Source of the DNA: Octopus sinensis
Taxonomy: Eukaryota
NCBI RefSeq assembly: GCF_006345805.1
Contig: NC_043010.1
Coordinates: forward strand, 42,160,001-42,224,000
DNA: 64,000 nucleotides
Reading direction: 5' to 3'
Positions 13,122-26,249 of this stretch are shown here, one piece after another; the stretch's first letter is position 1; each line of letters opens with the position of its first letter. Below the pieces are notes generated by a model, which made no database searches, was not told the DNA's origin, and saw only the letters and a list, made by a program, of their open reading frames with translations. Position numbers and translations under genes: made by a program.

Positions 13122-13543
13122 AGGCGGTGAGCTGGCAGAAACGTTAGCACGCCAGGCGAAATACTTTGCAGTATTTCGTCTGCCGCTACGTTCTGAGTTC
13201 CAATTCCGCCGAGGTCGACTTTGCCTTTCATCCTTTCGGGGTCGATTAAATAAGTACCAGTTACGCACTGGGGTCGATGTAATCGACTGAATCCGTTTGT
13301 CTGTCCTTGTTCGTCTTCTCTGTGTTTAGCCACTTGTGGGTAGTAAAGAAATAGGTATTTCGTCTGCCGCTACGTTCTGAGTTCAAATTCCGCCGAGGTC
13401 GACTTTGCCTTTCATCCTTTTGGGGTCGATTAAATAAGTACCAGTTACATACTGGGGTCGATATAATCGACTTAATCCGTTTGTCTGTCCTTGTTTGTCC
13501 TCTCTGTGTTTAGCCCCTTGTGGGTAGTAAAGAAATAGGTATT
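13122..13543 (+). mobile_element. SINE family B with internal 184-bp tandem duplication and TSD
   Basis: tRNA-like head; core gaggtcgactttgcctttcatcctttcggggtcg; TSD tttatcgtcta at 13111-13121 and 13544-13554. Confidence 0.9.
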
Positions 13544-15184
13544 TTTATCGTCTAATTAATGTTGAGGTTCGTGCATAATTGTATACATTAGTATTAGGCA
13601 GTTATGCACATCCATGTGGTAAGATGAATGCACATAATACAATGCGTCAGTAGCACACAGGTATGCGTGTAGATTGGGTTCATAATTGATTTTATACAGT
13701 TTGTAGCACTTTTATCTACTTTTATGTGTGGGAGCTGGGTGGTTGCAACAGTTTTACAATGTTTTTTTCATTAAATGATGCTTTCCATTCGTTTCCTTGT
13801 GTACAATGTCATATGAATGTACGAAATGAAGTTTATGTCTATGTTATTTAACATGCCGTGAAGTTTATCTTTAGCATGCTGATGGAATACTGATATAGGT
13901 TTCCTATCACTATATTCTTCCGATGCTCCCCATTGTTTCAGCTCGACTCCAGGCAATTCCCTATGTTTCTCCTGATCCTAGGCTTTGTATCATGCACAAT
14001 ATAATTCCTCTTATGTATACGTGGTCCTATCAACATGTTATGTTTTGTTTACCTATCTATGGCCTAATGGATTTTCCCGGATTCTCTGCTACTTTAATTC
14101 TAAGCTTAGTGTCACTCAGAGCTTTCTTAAATTTATGGGCTAATCCCCCTTTCGGTATAGAAGTAATAAACAATATACCTTTTAAAGTTGTCGTTATTGT
14201 ACCATGTTTTTACCACATCTATCTTCTTACTAATCCCTTATCCTTTATTCCATAGTTTGTTACGATAGCCAAGTCGAGATATACACACTCTTGTTCTATT
14301 AATCATCCAGGTTTTAATTCCCAGAAGTAAAATGCAATGCTACACAGTTAAATGATCGCATTGTTGGCCTAATTATTTCCCCGTCGTTTTTTTGTTTTTT
14401 TTTGTCCTTAGAACTAATCATTAGCTCCCAGAAGACTGACCCTCACAGTTTTGTGTGCTCTCTATTCAGTTCTTAATTTTGGAGTTATCTTTCTTTCTCT
14501 TCTAGAATAAAATTGTTACGTTAATGCTTTCGGGTTTTTTTTTTTCACTTCTTCCCTACAAGTAAAATTTGAATAATTTTTTTCTTGCGACAGTTTGCTG
14601 CTTCCGTATTAATTAATATACATACCAGATTATCTGGGAGAGTAAATGTTGCAATTGTTAAAGATCAAATTTACAGAACTTACTGCAGAATATATTAAGT
14701 TACTTAATTCTATATAAAATTCTTTTATAGATAAGTTGAGCTGAAAAAGAAATTGTTGCTTATTAATTATTCAGTATTTCTATCTACACAGGCACTGTTA
14801 AGTGCAACATAAAAGTTTGTTACGTTACTCCTTACTGATAAAGCTGAGTGCAAAGATATGTCCAATGACTACAAAGCGGCCTAATAAAAAATTTTGATAT
14901 TTTACACGTACACACACACACACACACACACCACACACACACACACCACACACACACACACACATATGAACGCAAACATATACATAGACACACATGTATA
15001 CATGCTTAACCGTTAGTCGCGAGTATTACCTGATAGTTCATACCACGCTTTCGTTAATTGTCTTAGACGCCCATAGAATCACGAGCAGACAGAGGCACCC
15101 TTTCGGCCTGCCGCTCTTTCACCCAGCAGAACATCGAGGATGTAACAGCTGGAGGGGAAAAAAATGTCTGCACTACATCTACTT

Positions 15185-15238
15185 CAGGCTGAGTAGACTG
15201 GAGCAATGATGTGCCTTGCATAAGGACACAACAGGCCG
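15185..15238 (-). mobile_element. CORE-SINE fragment
   Basis: gctgagtagactggagcaa...gccttgcataaggacacaac is the reverse complement of the CORE-like domain at 63385-63450. Confidence 0.5.
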
Positions 15239-15248
15239 TGTGTGTGTG

Positions 15249-15289
<41 letters not shown>

Positions 15290-15302
15290 TGTGTGTGTGT
15301 AT

Positions 15303-15339
<37 letters not shown>

Positions 15340-15485
15340 TGAATGTGTGTGTGTATGTGTGTGTGTGTGTGTGTGTGTATGTGTGTGAGAGTGTGCGTGT
15401 ATGTGTGAGAGAGTGTGTGTGTGTGAGCGTGTGTGTGTGTGTGTGTGTATGAGTGTGTGTTTGTGTATATGTGTGTGTGTGTGTG
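15239..15485. repeat. (TG)n microsatellite
   Basis: Direct observation. Confidence 0.95.
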
Positions 15486-16302
15486 CCTTTAATGCGCTTT
15501 ATTAATGAACATAGGTGTCAGTTTCAAATCCAGGATATTCAGATAATTATAGGACACTGAAACTGGAATTACAAGAGGCATCTTGAATCCTAACCCTAAG
15601 TTTGATGCGTTGCTGAGCTATCGGTAGCGGAAAAAATTCAGACATGCAATTCAGGAAATTTTAACTTCTAATAAAACATATACTCACTTTCCTACTTTTA
15701 AGCATAAACTGTCAGCAACTACGCACGCACACACACATTCATACATACACACATTCATACATACATACATACATACATACATACATACATACATACATAC
15801 ATACATACATACATACCGACTCAAGGAACGCTGGTGGAATATTCTCATCAAAACTTCTGTCAAATGTGAACCTAACAGGCCGGATATTGTTGTTTGGAAC
15901 GGAGAAGCAGCTGCCCTGCATGTATAAATATCTCTTTGAAAAATCAAAGAATAAGAGGATACCTACGGACAGCTGCTTCGAAACCTCCACCTTCTAAATC
16001 CAGACTATGAAATTATTTTTTACCAATAATAATTAGGGCACTAGGTTTTTTTTAGTAAATGCTTAAAGGAGAATCTGGATAAACTGGGAATTTCTGGGAA
16101 TTTCAGAAAGAGAAATCGACCGGCTAATTCATACAAGTACAATCTGTAAGTGGAACAGTAAAAATATGCAAGACTTTTCTCAAGTTCCAAATGTGAATTT
16201 GTCTGTGTTAACTACATCCCACTGATAGACCCTTGTATCTTTGTTGGAAACTGGCTCCCTCCTTAGTGAAAGATATATAATAATTAAAACATTGAAGAGA
16301 CG

Positions 16303-16374
<72 letters not shown>

Positions 16375-16534
16375 GGGTATATGTCGATTAGTGTGTTGAA
16401 ATGTTGCGTCTAAGCTCATACTACAAGGTCTCCTAATTAAATGCTCATGACATGAAAATCTGAGTAACAAGGTGTAGTTCTTCATCTGATACCTAAGCAG
16501 GTTTATTTTTTTCATTTCTCTCTGTCTCTCTCTC

Positions 16535-16576
<42 letters not shown>

Positions 16577-17506
16577 AAAAGTAAGTTCCTATAATTCCAT
16601 CAAAGGCCAGTCCCTTAAAAAAAACCAAAATCATTAATTCTTAAGTGAAAAGAAAAATAGGCTCGTTTTGTGGAACTTGAATTGGTTCCAATATTGATAT
16701 ATTGTCTCCAGCATCCGTAACATATTCTTGGTAAATATTTTAATAAAATCACCATCCTTACTACGCAAAGTATAGATTAACCGATTAGATACAGACCGAA
16801 AATAAATAGACCTGAGGCTTTTATCTGAAAAATTTGGCGAATCGTCAACTAGTTTAAAGTTGGCCAGGTTGATCATGTTACGACATTGCGAGGCACACTG
16901 CCATATTCATGTAAAATCATATTTTTTTCAGTGAAAGTTGCATACTATAATATACTTTAGTATATTACATATAACACTATTTTCCACGTAATTTACGTTT
17001 TATGCTATTATGTGAACGAAAGCGCCGTTGGTTACAAGTTTTCAACGAATCAATTAGTAGTTCACAGTATTTTTATGACGACCGTTATGACAAGAGATTG
17101 TCTTTTCAACTCGGGCGGAACAAATATCATGAACGATTTCATTGGAAACTATCGATTAATCAGATTTCTCATTAATACATCTACTCACAAGATATTGTCC
17201 AACACGGAGCTATAGAAGAAGGTACGCATCCAAGGTGCCGCCAACTTCTTAGTTATTCCTAGACCTAGTCATGTAAAATCACATTTAATCATGTAGGTTG
17301 AACATCATAAACTGACGTACGTTACGTATAGCAAGGTGCTTAGTATTTTATATCAACCAAAACTGTAAAGATCTCCTATAGGTTATAGCTGACATTTTTC
17401 ATTCAATGCATCAAACACTGTAATTACAAAGCAAGGAGAAAGAATCTTTCATGGATAATCTTTTGTATTATATATGTATACATACATACATGCATGCATA
17501 CATACA

Positions 17507-17539
<33 letters not shown>

Positions 17540-17896
17540 GGTGGCTGCCCCCTCGTTATCGAGTATGGCCATTGCACGAAGCTTAATCAATGTTGTTATC
17601 GTGCAATGCCTGTGCAAGAAGATTTTTTTAAAGCGAGGAAAAGCTGTGCACTGAGTCAATCTCACTCACTAAGCAACAGCAGCCATAATCCGAAAAGAAG
17701 AACAAGTCAACATCATCGGTAACCACTGAGCCGCAGGTTTTATGTCGGAGTTATCCCAGTTACCTGAGTTACCTTCTCTTACCTGACAAAGGCTAGGAGT
17801 CCTTCACTCCCAATGGTTTAAACACGCGATCGGGTATTCAGTCCGATTATTTCTAAGTCCCCGCGCATGATACAGCCTTAAAACACTTATTGGATA

Positions 17897-19203
17897 GACG
17901 ATGGAGAACCCAAAAGAAACCGGAATTTTGCAATATTATTTTATTCACCTAGTTTTACATGTTTACACATTTATTGCCCTAAAAGTATTCTCCATTTGAA
18001 GCAATGCATCGGTCCAGTCGCGTTTTCCACTATTCGATGCAGCCCTAGTACCCTTGCGAAGTGATGCCTTTTAACGCCTCTGTCGTTTTATTCTTCACCT
18101 CTTACACATCTGCAAAACGTTTTCATTTAAGGGCCTTTTCCATTCCGGGGGAACAAAAGAAAGTTGCAGGGAACAAAATCCGGGTGAAAAGGTAGGGTAT
18201 GTAAAAAGGGTCAAGCCATTTTTGGTCAAAAACTGTCTCACACTCAGGGCAGTGTGCGAAGGTGCATTGTCGTAATAAAACCACCACTCTCCACTTCGCC
18301 ACTGGACAGGGCGTTTTCGTCTCACCATGTCTCACAAACGCTTCAGAACTGCCAAGTAAAATATCTGCTTAACAGTTTGACTAGGAGTAACAAATGCTGT
18401 GTGGACAATTCCTTTCGCATCGATGAAACAAATCAGCATAGTCTTGACATTGGACGACAATTAATGCGCTTTGGGAGGCCTGGTGATGTTGAATGCTTCC
18501 ATTGACTTGATTGCTGCTTCGTTTCCGAATCATAGCCATAGCACCAGGTTTCGTCACCAGTGATGACCTCCGAAGTGAGGTTCGCATCAGCTTCCAACTG
18601 TTCTTTCAGTTCACGACACGCATTCAGTCGTGACTGCTATTGATCTTCCGTGAGCCAGGAAGGCAAAAATTTTGTTACAACTCTCTTCATTCGTAATTCC
18701 TCGTTCAAAATTCTTTGGAAAGAGCTCCACGACACACCAATCATATCAACAAATTCGTCAATTGTTCGGCGAAGGTTAGTTTATGAATTTTCATGATGTT
18801 TTCATTCGTTCGGGAGGTCGACGGTCACTCCGTACGAGGTTGGTTTACAAGCGACAAGTAACCATTCCGAAAGTATAAAAACCACTCATAAACATATGCT
18901 TTGCTCATAGTAGCTTCCTTGTAACCTGTTTGAAGCATGTCAACTGTTTCGGCTACCGTTTACCTCAGCAGAAAACAGAATTTCTCGGAAGCACGCTGAT
19001 CCTTCGTTTCAGCCATCGCAAAAATCGACGAACAAAGGAGAAGCACTGCAAAATAAAGACGCACTACGTGACAGTACGACGACGCCGTTCGGCATACTGA
19101 TGCCTGAGAGTCACAGCAAGTAGCTTCTAACAGCAGAAGATTGACGTACGATGAGCTTGTCCCGCAGTGAATGTTTTTGGTTAGTTTCGTGTACCCACTC
19201 ATA
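17897..19203 (-). mobile_element. Decayed full-length mariner transposon
   Basis: Minus-strand fragments ETKDQRASEKFCFLL, ITGDETWCYGYDSETKQQSSQW, YDNAPSH and a YSPD-like motif; degenerate TIRs. Confidence 0.85.
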
Positions 19204-19246
<43 letters not shown>

Positions 19247-19264
19247 ACACACATATTATTGTTA

Positions 19265-19649
19265 TTGGCATCGTTTTCTATCGGGAGACAATGCAGTTGC
19301 GCATAAAATAATCCTTTCCAGTTTTGTGCAGGCCTGGGCTAGATGTAAGAAAATCCTGGGTAGCCCAATCGTCCGCATTCCTCTCTCGACCTTGCTGACA
19401 TAGTCCAAAGGAGTGCAGAGCATTACGTTTGGCACCAGCTTAGTTGCAGGAGCTGCCGGAAGAGTGTCGAGTCGAACACTAAACCGCCTGCGGGGCTCCA
19501 CTCCGGATTTCTTTGAAGGTTGTCTCCATTCTGTAACCCTAGATAGGGGCCCATACCGGGTACTGTCAGCTGGAGCCAGCTGATCCCGGAACTCGTGTCA
19601 AGCAGGGTCATCTCTCTCTGAAGTAGTGAAGAAAATCACCGCCTACTCC

Positions 19650-19650
<1 letters not shown>
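19265..19650 (-). mobile_element. Putative RTE-clade LINE 5' region
   Basis: GC-rich block resembling RTE/BovB-type 5' UTRs; recognition only. Confidence 0.4.
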
Positions 19651-19688
<38 letters not shown>

Positions 19689-19690
<2 letters not shown>

Positions 19691-19916
19691 ATTTCTTCAC
19701 TGCCCACAAGGGGCTACACACATAGGGGACAAACAAGGACAGACAAACGGATTAAGTCGATTATATCGACCCCAGTGAGTAACTGGTGCTTATTTAATCG
19801 ACCCCGAAAAGATGAAAGGCGAAGTCGACATCGGCGTAATTTGAACTCAGAACATAGCGGCAGACGAAATACTGCTTAGCATTTCGCCCGGCGTGCTAAC
19901 GTTTCTGCCATCTCGC
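19689..19916 (-). mobile_element. SINE family B, full copy
   Basis: Matches the reverse complement of 13122-13353. Confidence 0.9.
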
Positions 19917-20309
19917 ATGCATATATATGCATGCGTGTATGTATGCATGCATGTATGGATGGATAAATAGATATACACAGAGAGAAATAGAGAGAACGAT
20001 CGTATAGCCAAGAATCAAAATAATTGATCGTATTCAAAATATTTCTGGATTGGTAACCTCGTTGTTGTTGTTGTTGTTGTATACTATTAATCTGCATGTT
20101 TGTTACAATCACTTGCCGAGACACACCCAGCGTCCTAGAGTGAGTGAAGTATAAGAAATATTACAGAATGACTAAAAGCGTAAAGAAAGGAAGTGACAGG
20201 GTCAGTAGCGAAATATTTTCATGTGATACAACACAGACATTTAAATTGATAGGGTTTTTTTAAGGATGTGGGCTGTAATTGTCAGTACAAATTTTTAGCT
20301 TTCTCTGAG

Positions 20310-21200
20310 ACATGGTTCTCCTGGGATTTTATCTAGATGTTTCTGACATCCCTTGTTTTCTCACATACAGTTCTTGCTTTAAGATGCCATATCTTTTGTA
20401 TTTCAATTTTCAGGTCCTTATATTTACATAATTTGTCAAATTGCATTACAGATATATTTTTATCAGTTAGAGCACATACATCTATTAGTCTACATTTTTT
20501 CGTCTCTTTAATAATTATGCCTGGTGAATCAGCCTGGATCGTTCTGTCCGGTGTTGACTGGAAAACCTCAGAGGAGAGTGTCATTTTTGCCTTCATCGAT
20601 TGGCTCAGGATGATGTTTATATCAAGAAGCAAGAGTGCTGATTTTGTAGTGTTTACATATTTTCCAATGTAAATACTGTCCTACCCAACAGTGACGATTT
20701 TTGTATTCGTTTGGTGTCAGCACAGGACATCCCGTTTCATCAAATATGTTGCAAAATCTGCTTTTAGGGTCAGAACCGTTTTGGAGAATGTCAGCCTGGT
20801 ACTTTCTGGTGAGCAAGCTTTGATCTTGAGCTGCCAATATGAAATCTTCAGTATCTGCTTTCAGTTCTGAACTTCTCAGCCACTGATGGGTTGATGCTTG
20901 GTCTAAATCAACATTTCGACTTCGAAGAATATATTGTCCATGCAGAGGCTTCTGGAACCACCACTCCTAAATTTGTTTCTGTCCTTTCTTTTCTGCAAGC
21001 TGCGTGATTCATTTTGCTTGTTTGGTGGCGGTGGTTTCAGGTTCTTGATTTAATTCAGGGTTCCCTAGCGAGTTTGCAAGCTTCATTGTAACTTTTTGCT
21101 GCTTTTGTTTTCACACAGTCCATAGTATCCAATCCTCTGTTCTAGATAAGTACATGTTCGTAGATTTTTAGTAATTTTCTTGTCATCCTGTACAAATATA
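20310..21200 (-). pseudogene. R4/Dong-like LINE 3' ORF (zinc knuckle + RLE)
   Basis: AAQDQSLLTRKYQ...SRFC...GCPVL..EYKNRH..VGQYLHWKICKHY, then TDRTIQADSPGIII...LIDV...KYKDLKIEIQKIW. Confidence 0.85.
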
Positions 21201-21350
21201 CGAAGCCCAGTATACCCATCATGGCTACCCGTCTGATAAGAGTACATCAGGCACATGCATCACAACCACACTTGATAGATTTTTGCTCCCTGTTCCAGGG
21301 CTCCGACAATTATTGGTACTATTGCTACCTTTTTCATCGACCACAACTGC

Positions 21351-21351
<1 letters not shown>

Positions 21352-21405
<54 letters not shown>
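21352..21405. repeat. (TTA)n microsatellite
   Basis: Direct observation; lies between R4/Dong fragments. Confidence 0.95.
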
Positions 21406-21409
21406 GCGA

Positions 21410-22715
21410 CTATACTTGTCCCCTTAGTTATCCACAAGCTTTCAATAATCTTTCAAGTGCTCTAAACGCTTCTAATAATCTTTCCTGTCCCTAAGAGGCA
21501 AACTTTCAGTAAAACTTCTACAAAAAATTTTATTCCAATCTCCTTCAACCATTTCTCTGTTCCATTACTCACATTTCCAAAGACACCAATTATTACAGGC
21601 ACAATCTTTACAGTTTTCATACATCAAATTCTCTCAATTTCAAATTGTAAAGGATTTTATTTTAAATTTTTTCATCTTTCTTAACCATCCTGGAATCAAA
21701 TGGACACGATGGCTCAATTAATAGGGAACTTCGCTTTTCCTTGTCTATTATTTTTATGTCTGGTTCATTATTTTCTAGCTTATTATTCGCTTGAAGAGGA
21801 AAATCCCATAACATCTTGCATTTCTTTGACTCAAGCACTCTTTCAACTCATTTGAGAAAATGCGTATAGTATGTACAAGACTTTTAAGCTGGTTATCATT
21901 TTTCAAATATAGCTTTATATCATCCATAAAAAGGAAATGATTTATCTAGCCATATCCTTTTCCCAACTAAGCTATTTTCTCATAATATCATGGCCAATAC
22001 AAATAAAAATAGAAATATACCATGTCTAATGTTCACATTCCAAAGTCTTTATTTTCCTCCAATCAGTTCAGTATTCCACTTTTTCTTACTTTCATTTACA
22101 ATTTTCTCCATATTTTCTGTCACTCCTAACTTGTTCATTGTTTTTCTTATCCAACTGTGTGGTACCATGTCATATGCTTTCCTGTAATCCAACCATGCTA
22201 CATTCAGTCCTTGGCTGCTATGATAAACTTTTCTGTCTGTGATTTTAAGCGAGAAAACGCTAACCATCGATAGGTAAGGGCTTTGTCAACATCAGCATTA
22301 TTATCTCTCTTTGGAATTTGTCACTGAGAAGTTTTTTCTTTTTTTTTTTTTGGTGGGGCTGGGGCATTTATCAGTAAGAATATCTAAGTCAGCAGTTTAG
22401 CAAGGGCTTTCATATGCTTAGCTTTTTCTGTGCTTGTTTCTAATACGTCTGATTCTGAGACTTACTTTATTTGAAAGTCACTTACATATATTTGTGACTG
22501 TTTTGCTATTGAGTATGAAATTTTCTCGCTTTCATGCTTTAAGACAAGTTTTAGCATCCAGTCACCAGAATTTCTCAGGTGTTTAGGCCAACAGTAGCAA
22601 TCTTCATTGTTAATTCAAATTGTAAAAGCCCACGGCCACCCTCTTTTCTTGGCTAGTAAAGTCGTTCTACATCTGCTTTAGGATGGTGCTTTCTTTTCAT
22701 TCTCAACAATTTTTG
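21410..22715 (-). pseudogene. R4/Dong-like LINE fragments (RLE, RT, post-RT)
   Basis: NVAWLDYRKAYDMVPHSWI (RT) and HPKADVERLY*PRKEGGRGL; RLE remnant at 21410-21850. Confidence 0.8.
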
Positions 22716-22719
22716 AATT

Positions 22720-23100
22720 GCAGGTAGGGCCTACTTAGAATTTGCTTCGGATCAAGTAGCCCGTCCTACTTAAAAGGTCTCCGAATAAGTTTTGTTTAAG
22801 GATAATGATGAAAACACCCATGTTGTCAGGAGTGAATTTTTCAAACCCCAAAGAATCCCTCTCAACACATGGACTGCTCCCCCACTACTCCTGCTCGTGA
22901 TTAGAGATGCACACATCGTCAGCAATTAAGGGAATTCTCAACTGGTTATGATCAAGCAAATGACAAGTAAATCTGTCGTAATGAGCGGAATATTTGTTGT
23001 AATCCATCTTTTACACTAAAACAAAACATGTACGGGTTAACGCTTCCAATCAATTAAGATCAGAAGACACAAGAGCTACAGCCTGGCATTGTATCAGGGC
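22720..23100 (-). mobile_element. Putative 5' UTR of the Dong-like element, abutting (TAA)n
   Basis: Contiguous with the R4/Dong pieces and bounded by (TTA)n at 23101-23213. Confidence 0.4.
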
Positions 23101-23188
<88 letters not shown>

Positions 23189-23213
23189 GTTGTTGTTGTT
23201 GTCGTTATTATTA
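23101..23213. repeat. (TTA)n/(TTG)n microsatellite
   Basis: Direct observation. Confidence 0.95.
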
Positions 23214-24589
23214 TGCATCGTTTTTTTTTGTGGGGCGCAAAACAACTCGAATGTTAGATCTTTTATCTTCAGGTATATTTTGTTGTTTTACTGTTGTTTA
23301 ATCAGACGTTCCAATCATAACTATTCTATATTTTCGTATATTTAGAAATATGTATCATTACCTTTGTTTTTTAATGATAGCGAGTAAGAATTGAGGAAAA
23401 TTTGACTACTGTTTCTAACAGGGCGAACAACCGTGAAAGTTTTTCTCCGTTTGTTTGTTTGTTTAAGTGCCATATTTATGGACACGTCAACAATGTCACT
23501 AATCGAACATTCTGATATGAATGCTAAAAATAATTTTTCTAAAATATTTAGTCCATTTGACCTTGGCTATTCTTCTTTCAAAACAATAACAACTATTGAT
23601 TAGTGGGAATATATTTAAATATGTATTTCACATGAAAAATATGCATTACAAAAATTAGTCACTACGCTTCTATGTCTGATGTCAACGGAAGAAATGTTCT
23701 AGTTATATTAATATTGCTAAGTCAGTGTTAACATCGTGAGTTAAACATTATAAAGTTAAATTAAAAATAATTCTGCGGCGAAGACAAAATAACGCCAGTT
23801 CAATGGATATAAATGAATTATTTTGTATAATTTTGTCTAGTGAAAGAGACAACTTAAGTCATATTTCAGTCTTACAAGACCTCATCGTCGAAGTACATAT
23901 ATTTTACATAAGATCATATTCGGAATTGCCTTGCATAATTACAGAAATTAAGTTAATATTAGTCGTTGAGATATCAACAATTTGTTTTCTTTTGCTTGAT
24001 CACATAAAGTATTTCCATTCATATCTTTGATTCTCAAGCTTTTAATATGTTAATACTTAACTGTTTTTCAATGCTGATGATGTCTCTGAGTTATTAACCT
24101 TCGACTATTCTTTTTCTTTTTTCTTTTTTTTTTTCGGTTAAGGAGGTAACTCCAGTATGGGAGCCACTGTTAAATCGTTCAAGTTCGATAATATGTGGTT
24201 GATCTAACTAACACGAGATTTCAAATTGCATTGTTTGTGGCTATTTCTTCTTAGCTTAAAGGGAATATAATCTAATACAGTATCTTATCAACCAGAAATA
24301 TATAATCTGGAGTAAAAGACACCTATCAACTCTTATACATGTCATCTGTAACAAAACACCTAAATCTTTTCGTTATATGTATGTTTATTGTTGCCTTTGA
24401 ATGGCCAGTGTAGTACATCGCTTGATTTGCTAGAAATAACCATAAACTATCCCGCAAAGGTCTACTAACATAGAAATGGACACACGAAGAATTTATACTT
24501 CGAGGTACACAACTGAAAAATTAACACGTTAAAGGGATGTTTATGTTTACCTGTTGAATCTAGGGAAAGGCCCCCAATACAGGTTGGGT

Positions 24590-24930
24590 GCCTGACTACT
24601 GGAAGTACGAGAGCCTCCAACTCTGTGGAACAAATATCATAATAGTAGCCGTAGAAAAGAGAGAGAAGACTGCATGCTTGTGAGCCAGCAGCTGGAACGT
24701 GTCCAGTTATTACTGAACGCCAAAGAATTAAGTTGCCTTTCTCTGGATGTACTCCATTACAGCATCACAGTCCCAGACTTAAGAATAGTCTTACATGGTA
24801 GCACTCATTTGAGTTGTGTAGAGTAATGGCTGCCATTGAAGTGTGAAGCATTTACTGGCCCCATATTTATGCACTAAATGTGTGCCAAGGTCGGAAAGTG
24901 GAGTAGAAGTGAGGCTGAGTCAGCGAGGTT
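24590..24930 (-). mobile_element. CR1/Zenon-like LINE 3' ORF remnant
   Basis: HKHAVFSLFYGYYYDICSTELEALVLP resembles the Zenon-type HRR.V.SL.LFYRYY.G.CS.EL motif. Confidence 0.6.
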
Positions 24931-25259
24931 GTGTTAGTGATTTTATTGGGACGATGACGTGTTTAAAATTTACTAAATAGAAATACATTGCGTGTAAAAA
25001 CGTTGAGAATGTTTCTTCCTTTATATTGAATATATTTGTTGGCACAGTCAGTAGTTCAGCATCTCTGTGATGTAAAGATTACATCAACTACCTCGCCCGT
25101 TACTCTCCCTACCCCATCAGCTTTAGCATGCTAATTTTGGCTGAAATATATTCTACTGAACCCAAATGGTTTCTACTTCAAAGGGATCTTGATTTATGGC
25201 TCTGCCACTAAAAGTGTCTTTTTCTCTATCCATAAAAAATAGATTCTTGTTTTCCACTA

Positions 25260-25592
25260 GACCTGATAAACTAGTCTTAAACCTCCTCTCCCGGTAGTAA
25301 CAAAGTATCTTCTAAATAACAAAGTATCTTCAAGAAAAAAATATCAGTTACTACTATGATTTAGTTGATGAAACTTGTTCTCTGTCTACCTACTTACCCT
25401 CTTTGTGATTTTGGTTAATGGAATAACTATAAAAGTGAATCTTTTAAATTTAACTAAATTCTATATTTTTATGCAGCTGAAGATTGCTCTACATTTAAAA
25501 CTGATGTAATACTTGCATTGTTCAATTACATGAAGTCGCATGAAACGATCGTACTGCATTACTTCTGGATATCATTGTTGCTTATTTTGATT
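25260..25592 (+). mobile_element. Penelope-like family P1 3' end
   Basis: Homologous to 8700-9025; ends at a TA run. Confidence 0.65.
25471..25559 (+). ncRNA. Type-I hammerhead ribozyme with long loop-2 insert
   Basis: AUGCAG CUGAAGA [58 nt] GAAA CGAUCG UA CUGCAU: 6-bp stem I, palindromic stem III, GUA site. Confidence 0.75.
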
Positions 25593-25673
25593 ATATATAT
25601 ATATATATATATCTTGTATGTATGTATGTATGTATGTGTGTGTGTGTGTGTATGTGTGTGTGTGAGTGTGTGT

Positions 25674-25711
<38 letters not shown>

Positions 25712-25765
25712 ATGCATGTATGTATTAAAAACGGGAGATGAAATATACGAGAATTTTTATTATTG

Positions 25766-25868
25766 ATCACAATTGTTTCGACACATCTAGCATCGATCCC
25801 TCACGGGTGGGACACTTAACAACTGGTTCAGGAGCATCCGGTGGTGTAGGTTTATCTCATCAGGTGAT
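25766..25868 (-). ncRNA. Type-I hammerhead-like motif with long stem II
   Basis: AUCAC CUGAUGA GAUAAACCUA...UAGAUGUGUC GAAA CAA UU GUGAU. Confidence 0.55.
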
Positions 25869-26114
25869 AAACAGATACCACTCGTTAAAATAACAGTTCC
25901 GCAATGTACCTTGTCATTTACAAGAAAGGAAAGCAGCGAAACGAGGAAAGTATCTTCGTTTATATAGAGAACCAAGAATAAAATCACTGAGGAAAAAAAA
26001 AAAGAAACGAATACACAATCCAGCGAGAAAAGTATTAAAAATAACCGTCAACAGATATGGATGTGTAAACGCCCTCGCACAATTGCATGATGCGTACACA
26101 CTCCCTCATATAAT

Positions 26115-26249
26115 ATAAATCAACTCACAGCGCTTCGGTCGGGCCGAGGTCATAGCAGAAGACACCTGCCCGAAACACCACGCAGTCAGACTGAAAGTGG
26201 AACCATGTGGTTGGGAGGCAATCTTCTTACCACACAGCCACGTCTGGGC
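26115..26249 (-). mobile_element. SINE family A 5' part
   Basis: Similar to the reverse complement of 32107-32240. Confidence 0.75.

Noticed and set aside
13171-13544. CRISPR-like repeat
   Set aside because: Eukaryotic SINE duplication; no unique spacers or cas genes.
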